From the NCBI GenBank assembly GCA_051251915.1, contig JBPOGF010000012.1, forward strand, positions 1-64,000: a DNA stretch of 64,000 bases, given 5' to 3'. This stretch comes from Akkermansiaceae bacterium (GTDB taxonomy: Bacteria; Verrucomicrobiota; Verrucomicrobiia; Verrucomicrobiales; Akkermansiaceae). The notes beneath the pieces were generated by a model. The model was not told where the DNA came from and searched no databases. It saw only the letters and a list, made by a program, of their open reading frames with translations. Positions within the stretch are counted from its first letter, which is position 1, and each line of letters opens with the position of its first letter. Positions 17,490 through 27,049 of this stretch are shown here, piece after piece. The position numbers and the translations under genes were made by a program.

Positions 17490-20063
17490 CTACTTCGTAA
17501 AGCTCAGCTCACCCCCCACAAGCTCCACCTTAATCACGTCCCCCTCTGCAAAGGAACCCTCCAGAACCGCCATACTCAACGGATCTAACAGAAACTTCTG
17601 AATCGCCCGCTTCAACGGCCTAGCTCCATAAACAGGATCATAACCCTTATCCGCAAGATACTCCGTCGCCTCAGCAGTAAGCTCTATATCTATCCCCTGT
17701 TTGAGAAGTCTCTGCTTCACCCTCTCTAACTGAATCTTAATAATACTCCCCAATTCAGACTTCTCCAACCGATCAAAGATAACCGTCTCATCAATCCGAT
17801 TCAGAAACTCCGGCCTAAAGTGCCCCCTAAGCGCCTCATTAATCTTCGCCTCACGCTGCTCCACATTACTCTCATCCATGATAAACTGAGAACCAATATT
17901 AGAAGTCATAATTAGCACCGTGTTCCTAAAGTCCACCGTCCTCCCCTGACCATCAGTGATCCGACCATCATCCAGCACCTGAAGCAACACATTAAACACA
18001 TCAGGATGCGCCTTCTCCACCTCATCAAACAACACCACAGAATACGGCTTACGTCTCACGTGCTCACTCAACTGACCACCCTCATCATAACCCACATACC
18101 CCGGAGGCGCCCCTATCAAACGAGACACACTATGCTTCTCCATATACTCAGACATATCCAACCTCACCATAGCGTTTTCATCATCAAACAAAAACTCCGC
18201 CAACGCCTTGGACAACTCAGTCTTACCCACACCCGTAGGCCCCAAGAACAAGAACGATCCAATAGGCCTATCCTCATCCTGCAACCCAGCACGCGCACGC
18301 CTCACAGCATTAGAAACCGCATCCACAGCAGTCCGCTGTCCAATAACCCTCTCCCCAAGCCGCTCCTCCATCTTCACCAACTTAGAACGCTCACCCTCCT
18401 GCAGCCTACTCACAGGAATCCCCGTCCAAGTAGCCACCACTCTTGCGATATCCTCCTCAGTCACCTCCTCATTCAAGATCCGACCAGACTGCTGCAAACT
18501 AAGCAACTTCACCTTAGCCTCCTCCAGCTCCCGCTCCGCATCAGGAATCGCCCCATAAGTAATCTCAGACGCCCTAGTCAAATCACCAGTCCGCTTCGCC
18601 ACATCAGCATCATTCCGCAGCTCCTCCATCCTCTCCTGAGCACCCCTCACAATGTCAATCACCTCCTTCTCATTCCTCCACTGCGCCATCAATCCAGAAA
18701 CCGACTCCTTAAGATTCGCCATCTCTTCATTCACCTTAGCCAACCGCTTCTCACTACCAGCATCCTCCTCCTTCTCCAGCGCCTGACGCTCCATCTCCAA
18801 CTGCATCAACTGCCTCTCTATCTGATCTATCTCAGTAGGCATAGAATCCAACTCTATCTTCAATCGAGACGCACTCTCATCCATCAAATCCACCGCCTTA
18901 TCCGGCAAAAACCGATCAGAAATATACCGATCACTCAACTTCGCAGCTGCCACAATCGCACTATCCTTGATCCGCACCCCATGATGCACCTCATACCGCT
19001 CCTTCAACCCACGCAAGATCGCTATCGTATCCTCCACACTAGGCTCATCCACCTTAACCGGCTGGAACCTACGCTCCAGCGCAGCATCCTTCTCAATATA
19101 CTTCTTATACTCATCCAGAGTCGTAGCACCTATCGTCCTCAACTCACCACGCGCCAACTGCGGCTTCAGCAAATTAGACGCATCCACCGCCCCCTCACTC
19201 CCACCAGCACCCACAATCGTATGCAACTCATCAATAAACAAAATAATCTCCCCATCACTATCCGTCACCTCCTTAAGAAATGCCTTCAACCGATCCTCAA
19301 ATTCCCCCCGATACTTCGCCCCCGCTATCATGCTCCCCAAATCCAAAGAAATCAACCGCTTCCCCTTCATCGAGTCCGGCACATCACCACTCACAATACG
19401 CCGCGCCAATCCCTCAGCAATCGCCGTCTTACCAGTCCCAGGCTCACCTATCAAAACCGGATTATTCTTCGTCCTACGACTCAACACCTGCAACACGCGT
19501 CGAATCTCCTCATCACGCCCTATCACCGGGTCAATTTTACCAGCCCGAGCACGAGCCGTCAAATCCGCCCCATACTTCTCCAGCGCCTGATACTTCCCCT
19601 CCGGATCCTCATCAGTAACCTTCTGACTACCCCGAATCTCCTTCAAAGCCGCCTCCAACTTATCCTCAGTCAACCCAGCCCCAGCCAACAACTTCCCAGC
19701 CGGACTCCCATCCTTCAGCGCCCCAAGCAAGAAATGCTCCACACTCAAAAACTCATCCCCCAACTTCTCCCTAGCCTTATCCGCCTCACTCAAAGTCGAC
19801 TTCATCCCATAACTCAACTGCGGCTCACTAGTAGCCCCCTTAACCGTAGCAATACCCGCCAAATCACTAGCCACACTAGCCTTCAACCCAGTAATATCCA
19901 CCCCCGCACTCTCCAAAATAGGCGTAACAATCCCATCCTCCTGCTGTAAAAGCGATAGCAACACATGGCTACTCTTCAACTCCGCATGCGCCGACCGCAT
20001 CGCCAACTGCTGCCCAGCCTGCAGCGCCTCCTGTAATTTTATAGTCATTTTATTCATACTCAC
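17490..20063 (-). CDS. clpB: ATP-dependent chaperone ClpB
   Basis: Two AAA+ modules ([16 protein letters not shown]), KYRGEFE and GYVGY pore loops, coiled-coil middle domain. Confidence 0.98.
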   Translation of the reverse strand: MSMNKMTIKLQEALQAGQQLAMRSAHAELKSSHVLLSLLQQEDGIVTPILESAGVDITGLKASVASDLAGIATVKGATSEPQLSYGMKSTLSEADKAREKLGDEFLSVEHFLLGALKDGSPAGKLLAGAGLTEDKLEAALKEIRGSQKVTDEDPEGKYQALEKYGADLTARARAGKIDPVIGRDEEIRRVLQVLSRRTKNNPVLIGEPGTGKTAIAEGLARRIVSGDVPDSMKGKRLISLDLGSMIAGAKYRGEFEDRLKAFLKEVTDSDGEIILFIDELHTIVGAGGSEGAVDASNLLKPQLARGELRTIGATTLDEYKKYIEKDAALERRFQPVKVDEPSVEDTIAILRGLKERYEVHHGVRIKDSAIVAAAKLSDRYISDRFLPDKAVDLMDESASRLKIELDSMPTEIDQIERQLMQLEMERQALEKEEDAGSEKRLAKVNEEMANLKESVSGLMAQWRNEKEVIDIVRGAQERMEELRNDADVAKRTGDLTRASEITYGAIPDAERELEEAKVKLLSLQQSGRILNEEVTEEDIARVVATWTGIPVSRLQEGERSKLVKMEERLGERVIGQRTAVDAVSNAVRRARAGLQDEDRPIGSFLFLGPTGVGKTELSKALAEFLFDDENAMVRLDMSEYMEKHSVSRLIGAPPGYVGYDEGGQLSEHVRRKPYSVVLFDEVEKAHPDVFNVLLQVLDDGRITDGQGRTVDFRNTVLIMTSNIGSQFIMDESNVEQREAKINEALRGHFRPEFLNRIDETVIFDRLEKSELGSIIKIQLERVKQRLLKQGIDIELTAEATEYLADKGYDPVYGARPLKRAIQKFLLDPLSMAVLEGSFAEGDVIKVELVGGELSFTK

Positions 20064-20214
20064 ACCTACATATTAACCACTTTTTACATAATAGCAACTT
20101 GTTCACTAAAAAATCAAAAAATAACTCCCACCCCATACAAACGTTCAATCACCACAAACAACTCCACTCACTCCCCTCCACATATTTCAGTATAGTATCT
20201 TATTGGACCAGCAT

Positions 20215-21192
20215 TTAGTTCTCGTGGATTTGTGGTAAAAGATGTTTCATAAGTGCTTCTACTTCTCCGATAACTTGGTTCGCAATGCTTCGATCAGGAA
20301 AAGCAGCTTTATGTATCACCTCATTACGAGGAGTTAAAATTAGGCTAACATAGTCTTTGCCCGGAACATCTATATCTAACAAGCGAATTAATTCTAGCCT
20401 CCCTCCGAGCATCCTAAATTTGCCAAGCAACTTATCCCCGAAGGATATGCCCTGCAGGATGAACTCCTCTTCTATTCGGATGGTAAAACAAATTTCTAGA
20501 GCTGTTGCTGCTTCAATAATTGCTTTCCTGTAATCTTCACTTCTCATCGCCTCATATGCCTCCAATAGCATGCGGTAGCAGAGCTGCGGTTGATTCCCAT
20601 TGGAAGCAACCCTACACGAATCACGAAGCTGATCTACATTCAGCGCTGTTGAGCTGTGAGGCATATACACATTAATTGAATGGCACTGTTTAGGAGTAAT
20701 ATATTTCAACTGTCCACCCTCAGTATCGAATAAATCGATCTTATCCAAGCCGTCACACCTTGAAAACTTAGCCCGAGATCCTTGTGTGGTATGAATGATT
20801 ACAAATTGCTCCAACAACTTTAACCAATCTGAAAGATTATGATAAATGTCTTCTACTTCACTATTTACTGATTCCGAGGCGATAGAACATTCAAACAAGG
20901 CTTTATATATCGTGGCAGTTACGTTACCTGGGAGGATGGCCTCTCTGGTAGGATACGACATAAGCTGCCCCCAATACAGCAATTCCTCACCCTGCTTCCA
21001 TCTTCTAGCCCTCTCGGGGCCAATTAAGCCCCTCCTTGATCTAACATCATTCGGTAGATCATCAGACGCGATACACGGAAAGCTGATAGTGCCGGCGTGC
21101 CCAGAAATCTTAATATCAATCTGCTCACCCAGAATATCACCCTTACAGTATAGCGGTCTATTGAATTCGATTATCCCTTTGATTTCTTTCAT
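20215..21192 (-). CDS. Hypothetical protein with C-terminal HEPN domain (Rx4H)
   Basis: YRKAIIEAATALE helix followed by RNEVIH; composition lacks the genome's strand skew. Confidence 0.65.
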   Translation of the reverse strand: MKEIKGIIEFNRPLYCKGDILGEQIDIKISGHAGTISFPCIASDDLPNDVRSRRGLIGPERARRWKQGEELLYWGQLMSYPTREAILPGNVTATIYKALFECSIASESVNSEVEDIYHNLSDWLKLLEQFVIIHTTQGSRAKFSRCDGLDKIDLFDTEGGQLKYITPKQCHSINVYMPHSSTALNVDQLRDSCRVASNGNQPQLCYRMLLEAYEAMRSEDYRKAIIEAATALEICFTIRIEEEFILQGISFGDKLLGKFRMLGGRLELIRLLDIDVPGKDYVSLILTPRNEVIHKAAFPDRSIANQVIGEVEALMKHLLPQIHEN

Positions 21193-21209
21193 TATTGTTA
21201 TTGTCCAGA

Positions 21210-21400
21210 TTCTATGACTGAAACTCACCCTGAGCCGTGTCATGGTTAAAAAGTATAATCAGCTTAAAATTTTCGTGATCTAACTTACTGACACAAGCTC
21301 GTAAAAACCTACCCAAAAAATTACCTGCAATAATAAAACCTAACCTCATCATTTAAACAACATAAGACATCAGACTAAACGCACACAAGAAATTAAAACC
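21210..21400 (+). mobile_element. Highly decayed IS110-family left-end remnant, copy 1
   Basis: Aligns by eye with 22899-23090 (ttctatgact...tgagcc.tg...ctgacacaag...aaaccta...aaccta...catcagacta..g..cacaag). Confidence 0.65.
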
Positions 21401-21651
21401 GCATAACTAACCCCACCCAGAACCAGCTACCCTAACTTTTATACACAGCTTCTGATTTCATAACATTACATCTCAAATGCCGTTTAGCTGAAGGCTAATA
21501 TGATACCAGCATAGGGTTGAGAGGAGCGTCTCCCTATGATAACTGAAAATGATGACATCTAAGGACTTAGATAGAGATTGAGCCATATAAACTGTAAAGC
21601 AAAGTCATAAGCCATTTGGAAGTTTCTAAGTCTGAGACGGCTGATGTTGAA

Positions 21652-22329
21652 CTATTTATCCTTAGCTTTGTTCTCGAACCAGTATAGAGCCCCAGTAATT
21701 AACTTACCGTTTTTATCCTTATGCAAAATATTAATGAGAGGTATTTCACCTTCTTTAAATTTCTTCTTAAACTCCGTAGAAACCGCAGGAACTTCATAAT
21801 TAAAGCTGAATGTTGTTGAGGTTTTATGTAGTGAATGTGCCATCTTAATGTCCCATCCTGAAGTTCTGCTTATCTTCGCGTATAAACCTCTTACAAAGAG
21901 ATTATCTACCAAACTATCATCTCTTGGTGTCACATTAATAGCTCGACCGTGAATAATTGCAGAAACGACTTCCATGCGATTCGGTCGCGTAGCTGGAGCT
22001 TCTTCAATCTCAGCCCCTTCTAATGAGTTCTTAGCTGAGCATAAAACCCAGTTCCCCTTAGGTAAAACAAGATGCTTGAACGTAACCGTAACATCTCCTC
22101 TTGGGTCGCTTTTGTGCTTCAATACTATTGCTCGTCCATCTTCAGCTTGTCTTACAGCGTCCTTATTCAGAATACACCCGATACTTTCAATCTTATCAGA
22201 TATGATTTCGAGCCGTCTTTCACTAACTGATTTAAAATTCTTAATAGAGGTCTCTTCTTGTGCTGAGATGGCGCAACAATTGATCAATAGTATAAAAGGT
22301 AGTAATATAGTGTAGTTCTTTGTAGTCAT
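21652..22329 (-). CDS. Secreted hypothetical protein (cassette-like)
   Basis: Signal peptide MTTKNYTILLPFILLINCCAISA; the ATG lies about 10 nt downstream of an attC-like site. Confidence 0.7.
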   Translation of the reverse strand: MTTKNYTILLPFILLINCCAISAQEETSIKNFKSVSERRLEIISDKIESIGCILNKDAVRQAEDGRAIVLKHKSDPRGDVTVTFKHLVLPKGNWVLCSAKNSLEGAEIEEAPATRPNRMEVVSAIIHGRAINVTPRDDSLVDNLFVRGLYAKISRTSGWDIKMAHSLHKTSTTFSFNYEVPAVSTEFKKKFKEGEIPLINILHKDKNGKLITGALYWFENKAKDK

Positions 22330-22337
22330 ATTTTTAT

Positions 22338-22429
22338 AGAATATCAGATGTGATGGCACCGCTGCGCAGGCTCCCCAGAGCCTAACGAACAAGGAAACTT
22401 GTCCGCCGTAGCCACGCACGTTTTCTTAG
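22338..22429 (-). mobile_element. Degenerate attC-like recombination site
   Basis: Arms GTGcGTGGCtACGGC and GCGGTGCCATCAC pair with two extrahelical bases. The site starts at the upstream gene's stop codon and ends just before the next ATG; the R boxes are eroded. Confidence 0.55.
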
Positions 22430-22884
22430 CCCGTAATTTGATAAGATTCATCTTGGCAGAATGTAAGTTCCAAGTCTTCCGGATTGTCGTCCTCATGCAC
22501 GATGAATGAGAAATGAAACTTACGGTCCGGAAAATCAACTGTCAGTTTCGCACGCCACATCTGCTCAAGGCGCGCTCCAATGTGAAGAGCCTGCTCCATA
22601 TTGAAGCTCTTCTCTCCAATGAAGATGTCACCTAGCTCTAACCGGTTAAGTCGCTCTTCTACATATCCTCGTTGGACTGGACCGTCTGATGTCAACCTAC
22701 CAAAGTTCCCTTCGTAATCATTGTGAGTGATACGAATGATACACCCCTTATACTCTATGAAGGTTGGCCAGAAAAGCCACCCACACGCTATCAATAGCTC
22801 GTAGCTGCCTTGATTATAGAGCCAACCATCAACATCAATCCAACCACCCCGCATTTCGGGTATAAGCGCCTCGTAATTCACCAT
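22426..22884 (-). CDS. Hypothetical protein (cassette-like)
   Basis: Intact 152-aa ORF with LFWPTFIEYKGC and WRAKL..DFPDRKF motifs; stop codon overlaps the attC-like site. Confidence 0.75.
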   Translation of the reverse strand: MVNYEALIPEMRGGWIDVDGWLYNQGSYELLIACGWLFWPTFIEYKGCIIRITHNDYEGNFGRLTSDGPVQRGYVEERLNRLELGDIFIGEKSFNMEQALHIGARLEQMWRAKLTVDFPDRKFHFSFIVHEDDNPEDLELTFCQDESYQITG

Positions 22885-22898
22885 TTTCTTAGACTAGC

Positions 22899-23215
22899 TT
22901 CTATGACTCAAGCTCATCATGAGCCATGCCGTATTGAAAAAATATGATAAGCCTAGCATCTTCGTAAACTATCTTGCTGACACAAGGGCGAAGAAACCTA
23001 TCCATAATATTATCTGTAACAACAGAACCTAAAAATAAACCCATCATGAAAACAACCTATTACATCAGACTAGATGTCCACAAGGATACAATTGCCATCA
23101 CTCACATTCAATCGCCCTATCGCTCTCACTCTGAAGCCATTTATTAAGGAACATTCCCAAGTAGCAACCCAGCTGTCAAGAAAGCTCAAAGAAAACAGCA
23201 AAACACCAAAACAAC
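22899..23215 (+). mobile_element. IS110-family remnant, copy 2: ~147-nt non-coding left end plus truncated transposase N-terminus
   Basis: ATG 23046 gives MKTTYYIRLDVHKDTIAIT..., matching the IS110 DEDD N-terminal YIGLDVHK motif; premature TAA at 23145-23147. Confidence 0.8.
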
Positions 23216-23255
23216 CCCAAACCATTACAACTAAATGCACAAATAACCTAATTGA

Positions 23256-23981
23256 TCATTCACGTTTCACCGCATTATCTTGTTCCGCTTGGGTTGTTTT
23301 GAGCGGATCGGCATCTGCGGCAAAGGGATCACGATCATCCGACCCCAAGGGTTTCTCCTCATTGAGCACTCGTCTTGATAGTATCGATCCACTCTTCAGA
23401 TCGAAAAGAAAAGCCATTCCCTCAAGCGTAGTAAGCTGGAGCACATCCGGATGACTCGAGATCGTCACTTCACCTTTGGTGACCGTATCAACGTGATGCC
23501 ATTCACTTGGAGCGACACGCGGCTGAAAACCATCGCGTCGATCCACCCACTTCATGCCTGAGAAGCCATCAAATCGAATGCCGTCCTTGAGGTCTTTGAT
23601 CAGATCCTCTGCGGTGTAACCAGCGACACGCTTACCACGGCGGAAAATTGTCAGAAACTCCTTCGATTCGTCGTCTGAAAAGGAGCCGTCCTGCATTAGA
23701 AAACGCTCACGAATCCGTACAACTGTCTTGCCGTCCGCCGAAAGGAGCACATCACCGGGAAACTCATACCATCCCTCCAACGACCACATCTTCTGGAAGC
23801 TATTCCGAGTAGCTTTATAGGCGATCCCCTTAGCGGGGACATCATCGAAGTTCCCCGGTTCCATCACGAATACAAATTTGTCTCCTGATGCGACGACATG
23901 CCGCCACGGAGTTGCAGGAGAGAATCCCAAAGCGGGCAAGACCAGCAGAGAGATGGCTAGGGTCTGGAATAAAGTCTTCAT
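23256..23981 (-). CDS. Secreted hypothetical protein (cassette-like)
   Basis: Signal peptide; higher GC than the flanks; C-terminus ..QAEQD (GCGGAACAAGA) resembles ORFs running into an attC R'' box. Confidence 0.75.
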   Translation of the reverse strand: MKTLFQTLAISLLVLPALGFSPATPWRHVVASGDKFVFVMEPGNFDDVPAKGIAYKATRNSFQKMWSLEGWYEFPGDVLLSADGKTVVRIRERFLMQDGSFSDDESKEFLTIFRRGKRVAGYTAEDLIKDLKDGIRFDGFSGMKWVDRRDGFQPRVAPSEWHHVDTVTKGEVTISSHPDVLQLTTLEGMAFLFDLKSGSILSRRVLNEEKPLGSDDRDPFAADADPLKTTQAEQDNAVKRE

Positions 23982-24238
23982 TTTTTTCTTTGCATAGTCA
24001 CATTAATTTTAGTGACTTACAAATAATAAAACTTAACGCATCAGACAAGGTATTTTTACTAGGTAAATGCTTACATTCACCTTTTGTTTCACTTCTGATA
24101 TTTTATTTCAGCATATCACTCATCCAACCTAAGTTAAATAACTACAACATAGAAACACAGCCCTTTTGATACATATGAGATAATTAAAAAGAAATAAGTA
24201 GTAATTCTAAAAAACACCAAAAACAAGCTCCAAACCCT

Positions 24239-25213
24239 CTATCCTCGCACTATCTCCACCCCCACAAACTCAGTATCAGGCAAAATATACTTCTCCACCT
24301 CCACCCTTACCTTAACCACAGTAAACTCATCCATCACCACCCCCGCCAAATCCTCAGCCAAAGTCTCTATCAACTTCCTCGGCCTCTCCATCGCCACCTC
24401 CTTCAACCTCAGAGAAACCTCATAATAATTCACCCCCCTCTCCATATCATCCCCCAACTCAGAAAAACTTACCTCTGGCACCATATCCACATGCACCTTC
24501 AACACCTGCTGGCCCTCACGCTCCTCATCAGGAACCCCAATAAATGTCGGCAACTCAAGGCCCCGAATCTTCACCACATCAGGCTCCTGCACCTCAGCCC
24601 CCATCATCCCTTGAAGCAGCGACAAATCCTTCACCATAACACTTGGCTCAGAAGCAGCCAAAACCGCCGCATGATTATACCCCGTCAAAACCCCCACACT
24701 CATAATCCCCGCATGATGCGCCGTATCCACATCATGAGTCATATCCCCCACAAAAACCGTATTGTCCTGCCCCATCCCATGCACCCGCATCATCTCACCT
24801 ATCACCTCTCGCTTATCCAGAACCCCAGCATAAGTCTCCTCAAAATACCCATCCATCCCTAACTCCACCACCTGCTCGCCAAACGCCTCCTCACACATAC
24901 TACTCAGCACATACAACTTACAACCACGAGCCTTCAACGAATCCAAAAACTCCCGCGCATAAGGCAACACAGTCACCTTCACCTCAGAAATACCAAACCC
25001 ATGCCGGAACTTCGCCTCCACTTCCTCCATCGCAACCTCAGGCAAATACCGCTTATAAAAATCCTCATACGGCAGACAAAACTCACGCCTGAAAGTCTCC
25101 CTATCCATCTCCACCTTCCCATACTCCCCGAGCACATAATTCGTAGCACATACTACCAAACCCATGTCATCCACAAGCGTCCCTGACCAATCAAATATCC
25201 AATGTTTTTTCAT
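24239..25213 (-). CDS. folB: HAD-family phosphatase fused to dihydroneopterin aldolase (FolB)
   Basis: N-terminal FDWSGTLVDD, LSS, K and FVGDMTHDV HAD motifs. C-terminal IRGLELPTFIGV..EER...Q...VNYYEV...LIETLAE...VEVEK FolB motifs. Confidence 0.88.
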   Translation of the reverse strand: MKKHWIFDWSGTLVDDMGLVVCATNYVLGEYGKVEMDRETFRREFCLPYEDFYKRYLPEVAMEEVEAKFRHGFGISEVKVTVLPYAREFLDSLKARGCKLYVLSSMCEEAFGEQVVELGMDGYFEETYAGVLDKREVIGEMMRVHGMGQDNTVFVGDMTHDVDTAHHAGIMSVGVLTGYNHAAVLAASEPSVMVKDLSLLQGMMGAEVQEPDVVKIRGLELPTFIGVPDEEREGQQVLKVHVDMVPEVSFSELGDDMERGVNYYEVSLRLKEVAMERPRKLIETLAEDLAGVVMDEFTVVKVRVEVEKYILPDTEFVGVEIVRG

Positions 25214-25617
25214 ACTCTTAGAACAATAGTCCTGATCACCCCTTCTCCGAGCTCTCGTTTAAAATTCTGTAACAACTTCCCCTTCATCTGCTCCAGCTGG
25301 AACCTCAGCGCAGGCTGCACCACCCTCAAGACCAACACTCCCTTCTTAAGCGACTCAGGCTTACTATTCTTATAAATAAAATCCCCCGCCACCTTAGCCC
25401 ATGCATCATGCAACTGCTTCTCCTCGATACTACCACTAGCACCCACTTCCTCTAAAAGCTTGTCGAGAAATTCCCCCGCATGGTGGATATTCCTCACTGG
25501 GTCCTTCACTGGCTCCCCATGGCGCCACTGCCTTAACGCCAAAGCTCGCATCCACTCAATGGAACGCGAGCCCTGATTCTTATTAAATTTTGAGTAATTG
25601 CTGGATTTCCTATCCAT
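25210..25617 (-). CDS. DUF721 / DciA-family protein
   Basis: W.KVAG..I...SKP..L.KGVL.L.V.....R..L pattern. Confidence 0.8.
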   Translation of the reverse strand: MDRKSSNYSKFNKNQGSRSIEWMRALALRQWRHGEPVKDPVRNIHHAGEFLDKLLEEVGASGSIEEKQLHDAWAKVAGDFIYKNSKPESLKKGVLVLRVVQPALRFQLEQMKGKLLQNFKRELGEGVIRTIVLRV

Positions 25618-25849
25618 CCTTACCATCATCACCGATCGCCTCTACCGGACAGCCTTCCATCGCTTCCACACACTGCTCACGCTCTTCGTCGTTCTCAGGT
25701 TGCTTCAAGACATAAGAGTATCCCTCATCATCTTCACGGGTGAAATTATTAGGTGCTGTTTCGCGGCAAAGATCACAATCAATGCACTGGCTATCTACAT
25801 AAAATTCTCCCTTTACATTTTCCGGATTCTTATCTTCGTTATCTGCCAT
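25610..25849 (-). CDS. Ferredoxin
   Basis: CIDCDLC...AP and CPVEAIG. Confidence 0.93.
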   Translation of the reverse strand: MADNEDKNPENVKGEFYVDSQCIDCDLCRETAPNNFTREDDEGYSYVLKQPENDEEREQCVEAMEGCPVEAIGDDGKDG

Positions 25850-26019
25850 AAATTATTTTGGTTGGTTTGGTGGACGGCTCATTGATTGACTAGGATTATC
25901 ACATAAGCAACAATTTTTACCAGCAAACTGTCAATTTCTTCCAAATTCGACCTTTTTCCCACTCGCCAAATCCATATTTCACCGTTACAAGTCCAACACC
26001 AACCAATCACTGCCCATAA

Positions 26020-26994
26020 ATGTCCAAAAAATCTCAGTCTAATAACCAGAACCACAAAGAACAAAATCAGAACGCGGACCAAGCCGCCTCTGATGACCAA
26101 AATTTCTGGAATCTAGAGAGCGATCCACAAGACATAGAAACTCCCGCTGAAGAACTAGAGGAAATAGACAAAATCCTCGCCGAGAAAAAATTAAATCAAC
26201 CACTCAAGCAAATCTCAGAACGCGAAGTCGACATCGAGCTACCATGTGACAAAGAGATCATGAGCTCACTTGAAAGACACAAAGGCGGTGAAAAAATTGA
26301 AGAACTTCCTGACATCTCCAATAAAGACGTCGATGAGATCCTAGCCTCAGCAAACGCCGAAGCTCTCGCTGAAGGCTCCGACTCCGCACCAGCTCCAGCC
26401 TCAGTCCCAGCACCTCTTCCTACAAAGCCAAAAAGCACAAAATCACCCGCTGAGAAAATTGCCACAATATGTTGCTATATTGCCATCATCGCAATCTTTG
26501 GCTACTTGATCAAATATGCCTCAAATCAACACGACTTCAACACCGCAAAAAGCTACGCAGCTAATACGCCAGCACAAGGCGAATTCGGTAATATAGTAAG
26601 TATTGAAACCTGGTGGTCTGAGCCCGTCGGTAACAATACTAAATACGGTGTTATACTCGTCCCAGCTGCAACTATCTCCCTAGCCCCAGACTCAACTTCT
26701 GGAGTCATCCGCTCAGTATTCTACAGCTACGAAGAAGGTCTACAAGGCAAGCTAAGACCAAAAGGTGATCCATTCACCCACGAGTTCCGTGATGGTAAAT
26801 TCCTAACCTCAGGAACAAACCAAATCACTATCTACGGAACCGATGGCTTTACCGAGCTCTCAAACTTCATTTTCTACAGAGGCCAGGACGATGAACGCTG
26901 GACTATAGACATCAAAGAAGCACCATCCGTCCAGACAGATGTCAACAGCTTCAAATTCCTTGCCCAAGCTCCCATCGAGCCGATTAGAAAATAA
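26020..26994 (+). CDS. Single-TM hypothetical protein with acidic disordered N-terminus
   Basis: Long ORF with one hydrophobic helix (IATICCYIAIIAIFGYLI). Confidence 0.75.
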   Translation: MSKKSQSNNQNHKEQNQNADQAASDDQNFWNLESDPQDIETPAEELEEIDKILAEKKLNQPLKQISEREVDIELPCDKEIMSSLERHKGGEKIEELPDISNKDVDEILASANAEALAEGSDSAPAPASVPAPLPTKPKSTKSPAEKIATICCYIAIIAIFGYLIKYASNQHDFNTAKSYAANTPAQGEFGNIVSIETWWSEPVGNNTKYGVILVPAATISLAPDSTSGVIRSVFYSYEEGLQGKLRPKGDPFTHEFRDGKFLTSGTNQITIYGTDGFTELSNFIFYRGQDDERWTIDIKEAPSVQTDVNSFKFLAQAPIEPIRK

Positions 26995-27049
26995 TCCATC
27001 TTAAACTAGTCCATTTCTCACCTAATCACTTCTAACAAAAGTCATACAT

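Noticed and set aside
18006..19949. 647-aa + strand ORF antisense to clpB, and similar shadow ORFs over purL, AddA, ffh and the MBOAT gene
   Set aside because: They arise from the strong codon skew, have low-complexity H/P/L/Q composition, and overlap confident genes.
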